UHGV virus genome: UHGV-0133195
DNA length: 31,518 nt
Strand: one strand, 5' to 3'
From: a virus
Every line of letters begins with the position of its first letter. The stretch's first letter is position 1. A program made the position numbers and the translations under genes. Below are positions 1-8,636 of this stretch, in pieces. Below the pieces are notes generated by a model. It worked only from the letters and a program-made list of their open reading frames with translations. It searched no databases and had not been told where the DNA came from.

Positions 1-106
1 CTGCGCTCAGTCTCAAATTAATACAATCTGATTTTGAGTCTAACAAAGGAAAGATAAATGTCACGATATAACAAAATAGCGTAAATGTGATTTGTTACAT
101 CAAAAA

Positions 107-121
107 AACAGATTGTTTTTT
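107..121. other. Candidate attL core (left copy of 15-bp direct repeat AACAGATTGTTTTTT)
   Basis: Exact 15-bp match to 30704-30718; lies about 100 bp beyond the 3' end of the integrase gene, as expected for a P2-type int-att arrangement. Confidence 0.4.
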
Positions 122-227
122 ATGTGGTGATGAAAAATCAATGATTTACCTTTATTTTCAATTGGTTGTTTGCTAATCGGCTCTATTGAAACCTAATCAA
201 ATCTGAGTGATTGGGTCAAAATGTGGA

Positions 228-1214
228 TCACTTTTGCCCCCTCATGAACACTGGATTTAATGTAATGGCGTCCTGTAAATAATCAGGTGCAAGGTGTGCA
301 TATGCCATTGTTTGATTAATTGAAGCATGGCCCAGAATTTTTTGCAGAGTGAGTATATTTCCACCGTTCATCATAAAGTGGCTGGCGAAGGTGTGCCTCA
401 TTACGTGGGTAGCCTGACCAGCAGGTAAATCAAACAGACCTTTCAATATGTCACGGAAAGCGAAATAGTCAGCATCGGGGAAAATGCTTCCTGATTTACG
501 GTTTTTGGTGATCTCATCATGCAGCGATGCGCTAATGGGAACCGTTCGATTTTTACCGTTTTTTGTATCAGTGAAAACAGCTTTGTATTTCAGAATGCGC
601 GAACGTTGGATTTGTGCAGCCTCATCCCATCGCGCACCAGTGGACAAGGCAAATTTTGCGAGGCGTAGATTGTCACCGTCCAGGGCAAGCAGTAGTTGCT
701 CAATTTGCGATGAGGTAAGAAATATTTTCTCGTTTTCCGTGGTTTTAACACGGGGAAGATTAGATAGGGGGTTGCTTTGTGAATACTGACCAGCCTTAAT
801 TAGTGCGGTGAAAACGCCACTGAGCAAAGCATGTTCCCGGTTAATGGTAGTAGGGCTGATACCGGCAAGTAGCCGGTTAGCCCGATATTCGGTAAACATC
901 TTTTTGTTAATGTCACCGGCGCTAGGGTTGCTGAGTTCGTAGCATATGCGATCCAGCTCAATCCGCATGATTTCCCCAGATTTTAAAGATTGGCCGTGAT
1001 ACTTCCACCAGGCTGCGATCAACTCCTCCAGAGTTCGGGTATCTTTCTTATCATCAACCATCCATTCTTTGTTGTTGTAATTCGAGACAGCCCACCGTTC
1101 GAAGCGTAGCGCTTCCGCGCGGGTGGCAAAGCGCCGACGCAGCCGCACACCCTTGCGGCCCTGTGGTCGCAAGTCCACCATATACCGACCATCTTCAAGT
1201 TTGTTGATCGTCAT
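228..1214 (-). CDS. int: Tyrosine recombinase (phage integrase, P2 Int-like)
   Basis: C-terminal catalytic region with HxxR-type motif (VMRHTFASH) and ...LGHASINQTMAYAHL ending typical of tyrosine integrases; first in-frame ATG at 1214 (MTINKLEDGRY...); the track ORF extends upstream to 1283. Confidence 0.9.
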   Translation of the reverse strand: MTINKLEDGRYMVDLRPQGRKGVRLRRRFATRAEALRFERWAVSNYNNKEWMVDDKKDTRTLEELIAAWWKYHGQSLKSGEIMRIELDRICYELSNPSAGDINKKMFTEYRANRLLAGISPTTINREHALLSGVFTALIKAGQYSQSNPLSNLPRVKTTENEKIFLTSSQIEQLLLALDGDNLRLAKFALSTGARWDEAAQIQRSRILKYKAVFTDTKNGKNRTVPISASLHDEITKNRKSGSIFPDADYFAFRDILKGLFDLPAGQATHVMRHTFASHFMMNGGNILTLQKILGHASINQTMAYAHLAPDYLQDAITLNPVFMRGQK

Positions 1215-1353
1215 TTGTGTTACCTGGTTTGTCTGAGTTTTAGATGTTTTTAATTTCAATACACTTTTAGTTAACAAGAACATTCGTTAACCCAGAAATC
1301 ACGGTAGTGACAGATGCCACCTTTACCCCATCGTTTCATTATTTCCGAAGCAA

Positions 1354-1656
1354 CTACCCAACCTTTTTCGTCTTTTGGGGCTTCGATGTGCTCTCGCATC
1401 CATTAGGGGAGAGAGCCGGACTGATCTGCCCGGCAGCTTCATTTGTTTCACCATTCATTAACCACGTCGTGTATTTTTTGAACATGGGGTGATTGGTTAT
1501 TTTCATCACGGTATCAATCCCAATATTCTCCCTTCTGCCGAGTTCATACTCCTTTTGTGTTGTCTCCGGTATTCCTGTTAATTCAAAGAATTGAGTTCTG
1601 GTTAGCCCCTCGGATTCTCTTACTTCTCTGATTTTTTTACCTATGCTTGTTGACAT
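1354..1656 (-). CDS. Immunity repressor, P2 C-type (about 100 aa)
   Basis: Small protein adjacent to and co-oriented with int, divergent from the early operon; by recollection resembles P2 C (KYTTWLMNGE and GQISPALS segments). First in-frame ATG at 1656 (MSTSIGKK); the track start at 1695 is a TTG. Confidence 0.7.
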   Translation of the reverse strand: MSTSIGKKIREVRESEGLTRTQFFELTGIPETTQKEYELGRRENIGIDTVMKITNHPMFKKYTTWLMNGETNEAAGQISPALSPNGCESTSKPQKTKKVG

Positions 1657-1710
1657 GGTGGCAATCGCCTCCCTATACTCGCCGCATGGAGGCAATTGCC
1701 GCCATCGTGA

Positions 1711-1747
1711 TAATCAAATCTATTCAGCTCTAATCGAATCTGAATAG
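1711..1747. promoter_or_regulatory. Operator-like repeats in the repressor / early-operon intergenic region
   Basis: Direct repeats TAATCAAATCT (1711-1721) and TAATCGAATCT (1731-1741) 20 bp apart, overlapping an 8-bp inverted repeat CTATTCAG (1720-1727) / CTGAATAG (1740-1747). Confidence 0.35.
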
Positions 1748-1768
1748 CCCAAACGATGAGGATAAAAC

Positions 1769-2029
1769 ATGCGGACAAGCAAAACAAAGCCATTGGTGAT
1801 GTCGGTGCAGGGTTGCCCCGTGATTTTTTGCATCCCCCAGCCGCGTATGACCGTTGAGCAGTACGCCCAGATGACCAATCAGGGGTTGAGAGCCGTTCAA
1901 CAGCAAGTTGACGCTGGAAAGTTCATCACTGCTAAAGGCAAATACGGGAAATACCGCGAGATCAATATGGTGGCTGAATTTCTTAAAGAATTCAGGGATG
2001 CGCAGGAAGCATTAAAAGAGAGCGCATAA
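1769..2029 (+). CDS. Cox/Apl-like small DNA-binding protein (excision and switch regulator), putative
   Basis: First gene of the rightward early operon, directly opposite the repressor; GAGGA Shine-Dalgarno 6 nt upstream of the ATG; size and position match P2 Cox; sequence similarity judged by eye only. Confidence 0.5.
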   Translation: MRTSKTKPLVMSVQGCPVIFCIPQPRMTVEQYAQMTNQGLRAVQQQVDAGKFITAKGKYGKYREINMVAEFLKEFRDAQEALKESA

Positions 2030-2067
2030 AAGTATATCCAGTACTTTTCAATTTGACGGAGATCAAC

Positions 2068-2289
2068 ATGGACTTATCACAATGCCCTTCACTTGCCAGC
2101 CTGCTTACCCACGGCCAGCAGATCACCCACCGTCAGCATCAACGCGGCTGGATTGAAACCCCGGACGGGCGTTTCTTCCAGCCTAAAGCGGCAGATGTTC
2201 AATTTGTTAAAAACTGCCGTTTACCGTTTATGTCACGCCCGCGTAATAAGCGCCGCTGGTTTTCCCGCTTAATGGGTATCTTCGCGTAG
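2068..2289 (+). CDS. Hypothetical early protein (73 aa from ATG at 2068)
   Basis: ORF in the early operon with GGAG upstream of the ATG at 2068; the track start at 2053 is a TTG; basic C-terminus; no recognisable motif. Confidence 0.45.
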   Translation: MDLSQCPSLASLLTHGQQITHRQHQRGWIETPDGRFFQPKAADVQFVKNCRLPFMSRPRNKRRWFSRLMGIFA

Positions 2290-2304
2290 TTCGGGGAGGT
2301 GGTT

Positions 2305-2694
2305 ATGTTGATGGATAAAACAGGACAACAGCCCGGCCGCCGCCAGTTCTTAGAGCAACGTGCGCGGCTGCAAGCCAGTTTGAACGCCTCACGTGTGAAT
2401 GACACTGCAACCCGTTTTAACCGCCTGGATGATGCCTGCAAAAAGGTGATTTTCATCCTGGCAAACGATGCGTCCAGATACATAGCCGGAATGCCGAAGC
2501 TGACCGCCAAACAGTTGGGTTGCACTTACGAAAATCTAACCGAAAAGGAGCAAACGTGCCTTTTGATGGGCATTAAGCGCCTTTCCGAATTTGCAGCATC
2601 AATGCCGTGGGAATTTGAGGACTACGCCGCACCACGCGCCGAAATTCAGGCGATACGCGACAAACCACCCGCGCCAGATAACGCAGTCAATTAA
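2305..2694 (+). CDS. Hypothetical early protein (about 129 aa)
   Basis: ORF preceded by GGGGAGG; ATG at 2305 (the track uses a GTG at 2299); function unknown. Confidence 0.5.
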   Translation: MLMDKTGQQPGRRQFLEQRARLQASLNASRVNDTATRFNRLDDACKKVIFILANDASRYIAGMPKLTAKQLGCTYENLTEKEQTCLLMGIKRLSEFAASMPWEFEDYAAPRAEIQAIRDKPPAPDNAVN

Positions 2695-2764
2695 CAACTA
2701 ACTACCCACAAAAAAGAGACAGGCGCTAACGCGTCGGGCTTCTTGCACCCTGGAGAAAGTAAAA

Positions 2765-3748
2765 ATGATTCGATCTCTCGTTAAATGGCCCGGTGGTAAA
2801 GGCCGCGTTATGCCTGATTTGCTGCCGATTCTGCCGAAAGCCGATTGCCTGGTGGAACCGTTTGTCGGCGGTGCTTCTGTTTTCCTCAATACTGAATATC
2901 GCCGTTATATCCTGGGTGATATCAACCCAGATTTAATTAACCTGTATCGCCAGATAACCCGCTGGCCTGATGCGGTGATCGACGCTGCTCGCCCGCTGTT
3001 TAAAGTGTACGGTGATAAAGACGGCTATAAGTGGATCCGCGACGATTTCAACGCTCGCGCCCATGACCTTCTGTCATCGCGCAATGTGTTTGAGGACGGA
3101 CCGGACGCGGGCAAGATTCTTCGTGCAGCACAGTTTCTTTACCTGAACCGTCACGGATATAACGGCGTAGTGCGCTACAACCAACAGGGCGGATATAACG
3201 TTCCCTTTGGTAGACACAAAACCCCGCCTTACTTCCCGGAAGAACAGATCCGTTTATTCTCTGAAAAAGCTAACGACACGAAAGCTATTTTCGTGTGCTG
3301 CGATTTCCAGAGCACGTTAAAAATCATGATTGGTAGTGACGCAGTTATCTACTGCGATCCGCCATACCTGCCAACAAGCGAAACCGCTAATTTCACCCAA
3401 TACCACACCGCCCCGTTTGGGATTAAAGAGCATCGCCAGTTAGCTGCAGCCCTGCTGGATATTAACCGCCTTACTGGTTCGCCGGTGATCCTGTCCAATA
3501 GCGACACCCCAGCCACCCGCGAGATTTATCGCGCTTTCAACTTCCAGGAAATCAGCGTTAACCGTTCTGTCAGTGCGAACGCCATTACCAGAGGGGCCGC
3601 CAGTGAAGTGATTGGCGTCCTGAAAGTGTGTAGCGGCTGCGGTCGTGCCGGTGGTGGCCGTTGCCCTGATTGTGGCCCTGTCATGGGTAACGCGACCTAT
3701 AACGAAATGCTGGCAACGGCTGCGGCCTATGGCGTGGAGCCGTTCTGA
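2765..3748 (+). CDS. N6-adenine DNA methyltransferase, Dam-like, with C-terminal Cys4 zinc-ribbon-like tail
   Basis: N-terminal WPGGKG and FVGGASVF motifs and catalytic DPPY (CDPPYLP); C-terminal CSGCGRAGGGRCPDCG cluster. Confidence 0.85.
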   Translation: MIRSLVKWPGGKGRVMPDLLPILPKADCLVEPFVGGASVFLNTEYRRYILGDINPDLINLYRQITRWPDAVIDAARPLFKVYGDKDGYKWIRDDFNARAHDLLSSRNVFEDGPDAGKILRAAQFLYLNRHGYNGVVRYNQQGGYNVPFGRHKTPPYFPEEQIRLFSEKANDTKAIFVCCDFQSTLKIMIGSDAVIYCDPPYLPTSETANFTQYHTAPFGIKEHRQLAAALLDINRLTGSPVILSNSDTPATREIYRAFNFQEISVNRSVSANAITRGAASEVIGVLKVCSGCGRAGGGRCPDCGPVMGNATYNEMLATAAAYGVEPF

Positions 3749-3975
3749 TGGTCACAAAACTGCAGATCTCATGCGCTGCGCCGGTAGGTGTCTGCGGTCA
3801 CGCAGCTGCCGAGCTGCGCCGCTTTTCTCGCGGCGTCAAAAACTATTCCCGCATCAAACCAAATTTTTACCTGGTGATCCGCATCGGTAGGCGCTGGCGC
3901 TTGCTGAGTAAAAACGGCGGCAAGGTCTGGTCACTGATGACACATGAAAAATACAACGTTGAGAGCAAGAAATGA
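3748..3975 (+). CDS. Small hypothetical protein (75 aa) translationally coupled between two methyltransferase genes
   Basis: ATG at 3748 overlaps the upstream TGA (ATGA) and its own TGA overlaps the next ATG at 3972; Arg/Lys-rich; no recognisable motif. Confidence 0.45.
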   Translation: MVTKLQISCAAPVGVCGHAAAELRRFSRGVKNYSRIKPNFYLVIRIGRRWRLLSKNGGKVWSLMTHEKYNVESKK

Positions 3976-4862
3976 CCGCTGCTTACTACAACGAAATCGA
4001 TCCATATGCAGCCCAGTGGCTGCGCAACCTTATGGCTGCGGGGTTGATTGCCCCTGGCTTTGTTGATGAAAGGAGTATTGAAGATGTCACACCCGCCGAT
4101 CTGCGCGGATTCACTCAAGTTCACTTCTTTGCCGGGATTGGTGTTTGGTCATATGCCCTGCGCCGCGCTGGCTGGCCGGACTCCAGACCAGTCTGGACAG
4201 GTTCTTGCCCGTGCCAGCCTTTCAGCCCGGCAGGCAAGGGAAAGGGATTTACTGACGAGCGGCACTTATGGCCCGCCATGCATTGGTTGGTTGGGCAGTG
4301 CGATCCTGTCGTTATCTTTGGCGAGCAATCTGCAAGCGCTGACGCAAATGACTGGATCGACCTTGTACAAGCAGACATGGAAGCAATGGGATATGCCTTC
4401 GGGGCGTGTGCGTTTCCGTCTGCGAGCGTCGGCGCACCGCACATCCGTGACAGAGCTTACTGGGTGGCCGACACCAACCGCGAGCAATACAAAGAATGCT
4501 TACCAGGACGCGCAGAAAGTCATTGCGCGGAGGCTTGCTGGCCGTCAGTCGAACTTACAAGATTTTGCCTGTCTGGCGGGGTGGCCTACACCAGCGGCAA
4601 GGGATCACAAAGGGGGGTATCAGGGGGCAGGATGCGCAACGGGAAGCTGTCAACGGACACTCTGGATGTGGTGGCACAGATAGCAGGCCCGGCCCGGTTA
4701 ACGGTTTCTGGGGATCTGCTGACTGGTTGTTCTGCCAGGATGAAAAGTGGCGGCCAGTTGAACCCGAACTTGTCCCGCTGGTTGATGGGGTTGCCTCCAG
4801 AGTGGGACGCCTTCGCGCCTACGGAAACGCCCTCAACGTTGAAGCGGCAACAGCGTTCATAA
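3972..4862 (+). CDS. C5-cytosine DNA methyltransferase (small, phage-type)
   Basis: Motif I-like FFAGIG, motif IV GSCPCQPFSPAGKG (catalytic PCQ), motif VIII-like HIRDRAYW, motif X-like LMGLPPEWD near the C-terminus. Confidence 0.75.
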   Translation: MTAAYYNEIDPYAAQWLRNLMAAGLIAPGFVDERSIEDVTPADLRGFTQVHFFAGIGVWSYALRRAGWPDSRPVWTGSCPCQPFSPAGKGKGFTDERHLWPAMHWLVGQCDPVVIFGEQSASADANDWIDLVQADMEAMGYAFGACAFPSASVGAPHIRDRAYWVADTNREQYKECLPGRAESHCAEACWPSVELTRFCLSGGVAYTSGKGSQRGVSGGRMRNGKLSTDTLDVVAQIAGPARLTVSGDLLTGCSARMKSGGQLNPNLSRWLMGLPPEWDAFAPTETPSTLKRQQRS

Positions 4863-4886
4863 AGGCTTACATGATGGGGGCATCCC

Positions 4887-7523
4887 ATGTCTGACGCCGC
4901 TTTTGCATGGTCCTGGAACGCGCCGCGCCCAGCTGTTGGCCTGTACACCTACGAACCGAAAAAAATCGCCCCGCTTGCCGGGGCGGTGGCGCATCATCCT
5001 GCCGTAAAAAAACACATCGATCACATCTTCAAACGCGCCGGTTACAACCCCGACGATGTTCGCGACCGTAACGCGCTTATCCAGGCGCTGGACAGGTACG
5101 AACCGTGCGGCCTGCCACTGGCCGCCCATCAAAATATAATCCGGCAGGAAATGGAAGCCGCCAAAGCTACGGCGGCAGCCTGGGCCAATACGCCGGAAGG
5201 TGTCGAAGCGCGTTTATTATCAGAGCCGTTCTTCATTCGTGAAGTCTGGCGCAAAAAAATTGAATGGTTACGGGCCAACCGTGAAGCCAGACACACCAAT
5301 GATTTTCTTATGGGGACCGTGAAAAAATCATTGCTGCGTCTTGATGTTGTGCGCACAAGGCAAGGTGTTTCGCCTGATCTCACCGGCGAACTGGCCGCGT
5401 ACTGGTTCGGGCGCTGGCAACGACTGGCTGATTTCACAAAGCGGGAGGCACTAAGCGCCGCTAATGAGATCGCCAGCCGCATGGCTGAAATGCTTGGGAC
5501 GGAATGCGAAGCCCTGGGGCGGAATGTTTCCGACATGAACGTCGAAGAACTGGACTGGCTTTATTGCCACCTGGGCCGCGAAATGCTGGCGCTTCGTATT
5601 GTGCCGCCTGCATGGTATGCGCCGTGGGAACGCGAGCGCATATGCACGGCCATTTTGCGTATGGCTTCGCCTGACTGGTGGGGGCGCAAAATCTGGCGCT
5701 TGCGTTGTGACTGGCGCGAGAACCAGCTGCGTGCTGTTGGCGCGGTAAATAAAAAAGCGCACGCCTACGTTAGCGCTTCCAGCCTGATCGAGTGGCAGGA
5801 ACAGCGCCGTAAAAACCGGGATTTTTTCAAAAGTCATGAACTGGTAGACGAAGACGGCAACGTTTCGTCGCTTGAGGAAATGATTAATAAATCCACGTCT
5901 AACCCGGCTATTCGTCGCCATGAGCTTATGGCCCGAATGGCTGGGGTTGAACTTGTCGCCCAAAGTCGCGGCGATGTTGGCATCTTCCTGACCATTACTT
6001 GCCCGTCGAAATATCACAGCAATATTGCGTCCGGCCACCATAACGCCAAATGGAATCATTCCACCGTCGCCCAGGCGCAGCGCTATTTATGCCGTGTATG
6101 GAACCGGGCAACCGCCAAACTGAAACGCGAAGATTTGCGCCCTTATGGCTTCCGCGTCGCCGAACCGCATCACGATGGGACACCACACTGGCACGCGTTG
6201 CTATTTATGCCACAAGAGCAGGTTAAAGCCACGGTTGCGATCCTTCGCGCCTACTTCATTGCGGAAGACCGCGACGAGCTGGGTCGCAATACCGGTGCTC
6301 GTTTCAAGTCAAAAAAAATGGACCCACGGAAAGGGTCAGCAACGGCGTATATCGCCAAATACATTTCGAAGAATATCGACGGTCACGCGCTGGCCGGTGA
6401 ACTGGACGACGAAAGCGGCAAGCCGCTGAATGAAACAGCCAAATATGCAATGGCCTGGGCGTCACTCCACCGCATCCGCCAGTTTCAGCCCATCGGACAG
6501 CCGCCCATATCGGTTTACCGCGAGCTGCGCAAACTGAGCAATCAGATCACGACCCGCCAGAAAATTGACAATACCTTCAAGCGCGGTGCGCCGTTGCTTG
6601 TGGATCCTGCAATGGATGCGGTTTGCGCCGCTGCCGATGTCGGGTGCTTTGCTACCTACATCATCCGCCAGGGTGGTGTTTTGATCCCGCGTGAAAACTA
6701 TGTCGTCCGTCTGGCCTATCAGCCAGCTGATGAAATGAATGCTTATTGTGAGATCCCCGAAAAGGTTTTCGGGGTCTGGTCGCCGCGTCTGGGTGATGCC
6801 TCCCGTATTTGCACCCGTCTGGTTAAGTGGAAAATCCGCGCCAAATCCAAAGCCACCACCGAGGCCAAAAACGGCCCCGGTTTGGGGGTTGCCCTTTTGC
6901 CGTCGCCAACCGGCGACGCTTGGAGTTCTGTCAATAACTCTACGGAAGACGAAAAAATCACCGATTTTTCACTGTCAGAAATGGCTGTGCCAGCTGACGG
7001 AGAGTTAAAGACAGAAGATTCAGACGATGAAATCGTCGATTTTGAAAATATGGACCAGCCAACGCGGCGCAAATTGATGCGGCGACTACGTGAAACACCA
7101 TTCAAAAGGCAGCAAAGCGGATCACCTTATGAGCCAGGGAGCGAATTAGATGTTGCCTGGCGTTCTGCCGTTGAAAAAACCGAGGCCAGATCGGCGGCTG
7201 ACAAGGCCAGGCGGGCAGCGCTTGCCCCTGCGGTTGCCAGTCTGCTGGCTGATGCGGCGTTGTGTTCGGTTGAGATTTCAGAGATTCAGGCCGTTTCGCT
7301 GTTAATGGGGAGCCGTCTGGAGATTGGCGGCAAAGTTTATCGGGCCAGTGCTGGCGGCCAGTTGATAACGCGTCAATTACCCGATGAGTCACGGACGGTG
7401 AATAAATTATGGGACCGTCTGCGGGATAACCACGGCATAGATGCCACGCGCCTGCGGTTTGATCCGGTCGGGGAGCATCAAAAAATGCTGGCAGGCGCGG
7501 AAGGTCGCCACCCAAAAGAATGA
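4887..7523 (+). CDS. A: Rolling-circle replication initiation endonuclease (P2 gpA-like, HUH superfamily)
   Basis: HUH motif PHWHALLF and paired catalytic tyrosines in AYIAKYISK; 878 aa, last gene of the early operon. Confidence 0.9.
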   Translation: MSDAAFAWSWNAPRPAVGLYTYEPKKIAPLAGAVAHHPAVKKHIDHIFKRAGYNPDDVRDRNALIQALDRYEPCGLPLAAHQNIIRQEMEAAKATAAAWANTPEGVEARLLSEPFFIREVWRKKIEWLRANREARHTNDFLMGTVKKSLLRLDVVRTRQGVSPDLTGELAAYWFGRWQRLADFTKREALSAANEIASRMAEMLGTECEALGRNVSDMNVEELDWLYCHLGREMLALRIVPPAWYAPWERERICTAILRMASPDWWGRKIWRLRCDWRENQLRAVGAVNKKAHAYVSASSLIEWQEQRRKNRDFFKSHELVDEDGNVSSLEEMINKSTSNPAIRRHELMARMAGVELVAQSRGDVGIFLTITCPSKYHSNIASGHHNAKWNHSTVAQAQRYLCRVWNRATAKLKREDLRPYGFRVAEPHHDGTPHWHALLFMPQEQVKATVAILRAYFIAEDRDELGRNTGARFKSKKMDPRKGSATAYIAKYISKNIDGHALAGELDDESGKPLNETAKYAMAWASLHRIRQFQPIGQPPISVYRELRKLSNQITTRQKIDNTFKRGAPLLVDPAMDAVCAAADVGCFATYIIRQGGVLIPRENYVVRLAYQPADEMNAYCEIPEKVFGVWSPRLGDASRICTRLVKWKIRAKSKATTEAKNGPGLGVALLPSPTGDAWSSVNNSTEDEKITDFSLSEMAVPADGELKTEDSDDEIVDFENMDQPTRRKLMRRLRETPFKRQQSGSPYEPGSELDVAWRSAVEKTEARSAADKARRAALAPAVASLLADAALCSVEISEIQAVSLLMGSRLEIGGKVYRASAGGQLITRQLPDESRTVNKLWDRLRDNHGIDATRLRFDPVGEHQKMLAGAEGRHPKE

Positions 7524-7579
7524 ATGCAATCGCGCTGACCGTCGCAACTGGTTGCGTCGGTTGGCGTGATTCTGCGGGT

Positions 7580-7605
7580 GCGGGCGGCAAAGAGCCCGCG
7601 TTTTT
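7580..7605 (+). terminator. Putative rho-independent terminator after gene A
   Basis: Stem GCGGGC (7580-7585) / GCCCGC (7594-7599) with 8-nt loop, followed by TTTTT (7601-7605). Confidence 0.5.
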
Positions 7606-7627
7606 AGCATGTGAAAAGTGAGGAAAG

Positions 7628-7828
7628 ATGAAAGTAAAAATTGGTTTTAATCACAGGAAAAATACCGTTTCGGGCGTGATTTGCGGCTGGTCTTGGGAGA
7701 AGGAAGAGATTCGGGCTATGGCCGAAAAGTTAGTCGAAGGGTGGTGCGAAGATGGTGTCGCCGTTGGCAAGAGCGGGCTTTTTGGTCTTAGGGTGAAAGT
7801 GACTGTCAATGGTACCGCACGATCATAA
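7628..7828 (+). CDS. Small hypothetical protein (66 aa)
   Basis: ORF with AGGAAAG Shine-Dalgarno upstream of the ATG; first gene in the A-to-Q accessory slot; no motif recognised. Confidence 0.45.
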   Translation: MKVKIGFNHRKNTVSGVICGWSWEKEEIRAMAEKLVEGWCEDGVAVGKSGLFGLRVKVTVNGTARS

Positions 7829-7917
7829 TCGGCAGTGCTGGCCATTTGTATCGAGGACGGTCATTTTTAACAGTGCTGCAGGTCAGGAATGGCCGTGCCA
7901 GCTGAGGGCGGGAAAGT

Positions 7918-8610
7918 ATGAGTTACCTGGGAAGTAAAGCGGCCAGCGGGGTCTTTCAGAAAATCATTGCCGAAATGCCCCCGCATGATACCTACATTGA
8001 AACGCATCTGGGCAGCGGTGCGGTGATGTTCCATAAACCGCCAGCCCAGCATTCTGTCGGGATTGATATTGATTCAGCTGCATTTTCGCTGACAAGGCGG
8101 CGCTGGAAAGATAAAGGATTAACGCCCCCTGACATCCATTTCCATTATGGCGATGCTGTCAGCTTTCTGGAGGGATATTTTGATTTTGCGACTGCGGGCC
8201 GGGTACTGATTTACGCCGATCCTCCTTACATGCCGGAAACGCGCACCAGTCGCGCCCGTTATCGCCATGAATACACCGTCGCCGATCATGAGCGCCTTTT
8301 ACGTTGCCTGATGTCACTGCCGGAAAATGTGAGTGTCATTTTGTCTGGCTACCCGTCGCAGCTTTATGACAGCACGCTGACCGGCTGGCGAACGCGGGAA
8401 TTTCAGGCCATGACGCGGGGCGGTGTGCGAACGGAAAAAATCTGGATGAATTATGAGGAAGGGAAAGCCTATTCCCACACCTTTGCCGGAAAGGACTACA
8501 ACGACCGGGCCAGGATAAAACGTAAAGCGGCACGCTGGCGGGATAAGTTCGCCGCCCTGCCGCCAGCGGAACGGCTGGCAATTATGACCGCGCTTTGTGA
8601 TGTCGAATAA
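7918..8610 (+). CDS. Second Dam-like N6-adenine DNA methyltransferase (short, 230 aa)
   Basis: YLGSKAAS and THLGSGAVMF motifs followed by catalytic DPPY (YADPPYMP); GGGAAAG Shine-Dalgarno upstream. Confidence 0.8.
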   Translation: MSYLGSKAASGVFQKIIAEMPPHDTYIETHLGSGAVMFHKPPAQHSVGIDIDSAAFSLTRRRWKDKGLTPPDIHFHYGDAVSFLEGYFDFATAGRVLIYADPPYMPETRTSRARYRHEYTVADHERLLRCLMSLPENVSVILSGYPSQLYDSTLTGWRTREFQAMTRGGVRTEKIWMNYEEGKAYSHTFAGKDYNDRARIKRKAARWRDKFAALPPAERLAIMTALCDVE

Positions 8611-8612
8611 AA

Positions 8613-8633
8613 AAGCCCGCTTTATGCGGGCTT
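8613..8633. terminator. Bidirectional rho-independent terminator between convergent genes
   Basis: Perfect 8-bp stem AAGCCCGC / GCGGGCTT with 5-nt loop, flanked by an A-run upstream and T-rich sequence downstream; sits between the stops at 8610 (plus) and 8637 (minus). Confidence 0.6.
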
Positions 8634-8636
8634 CGT

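Noticed and set aside
1-227. tRNA or tmRNA gene as the integration target in the left flank
   Set aside because: The flank is AT-rich with no recognisable tRNA arms or CCA-adjacent stem; integration appears to be at an intergenic site 3' of a protein-coding gene.
4048-4683. 211-aa plus-strand ORF overlapping the C5-methyltransferase gene in another frame
   Set aside because: Entirely inside a gene with clear catalytic motifs; Pro/Arg/Ser-rich composition typical of off-frame translation of GC-rich coding DNA.
5129-6059. Minus-strand ORFs of 135 and 202 aa antisense to the replication gene
   Set aside because: Antisense to a well-supported gene with HUH and Tyr motifs; Arg/Ala-rich low-complexity translations; no ribosome-binding sites.
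7571-7600. Possible cos site (GGCG-rich sequence between gene A and the portal-side genes)
   Set aside because: Only loose resemblance to the P2/186 cohesive-end sequence as I recall it; the hairpin plus T-run is more simply a terminator. The cos site could not be pinned down.
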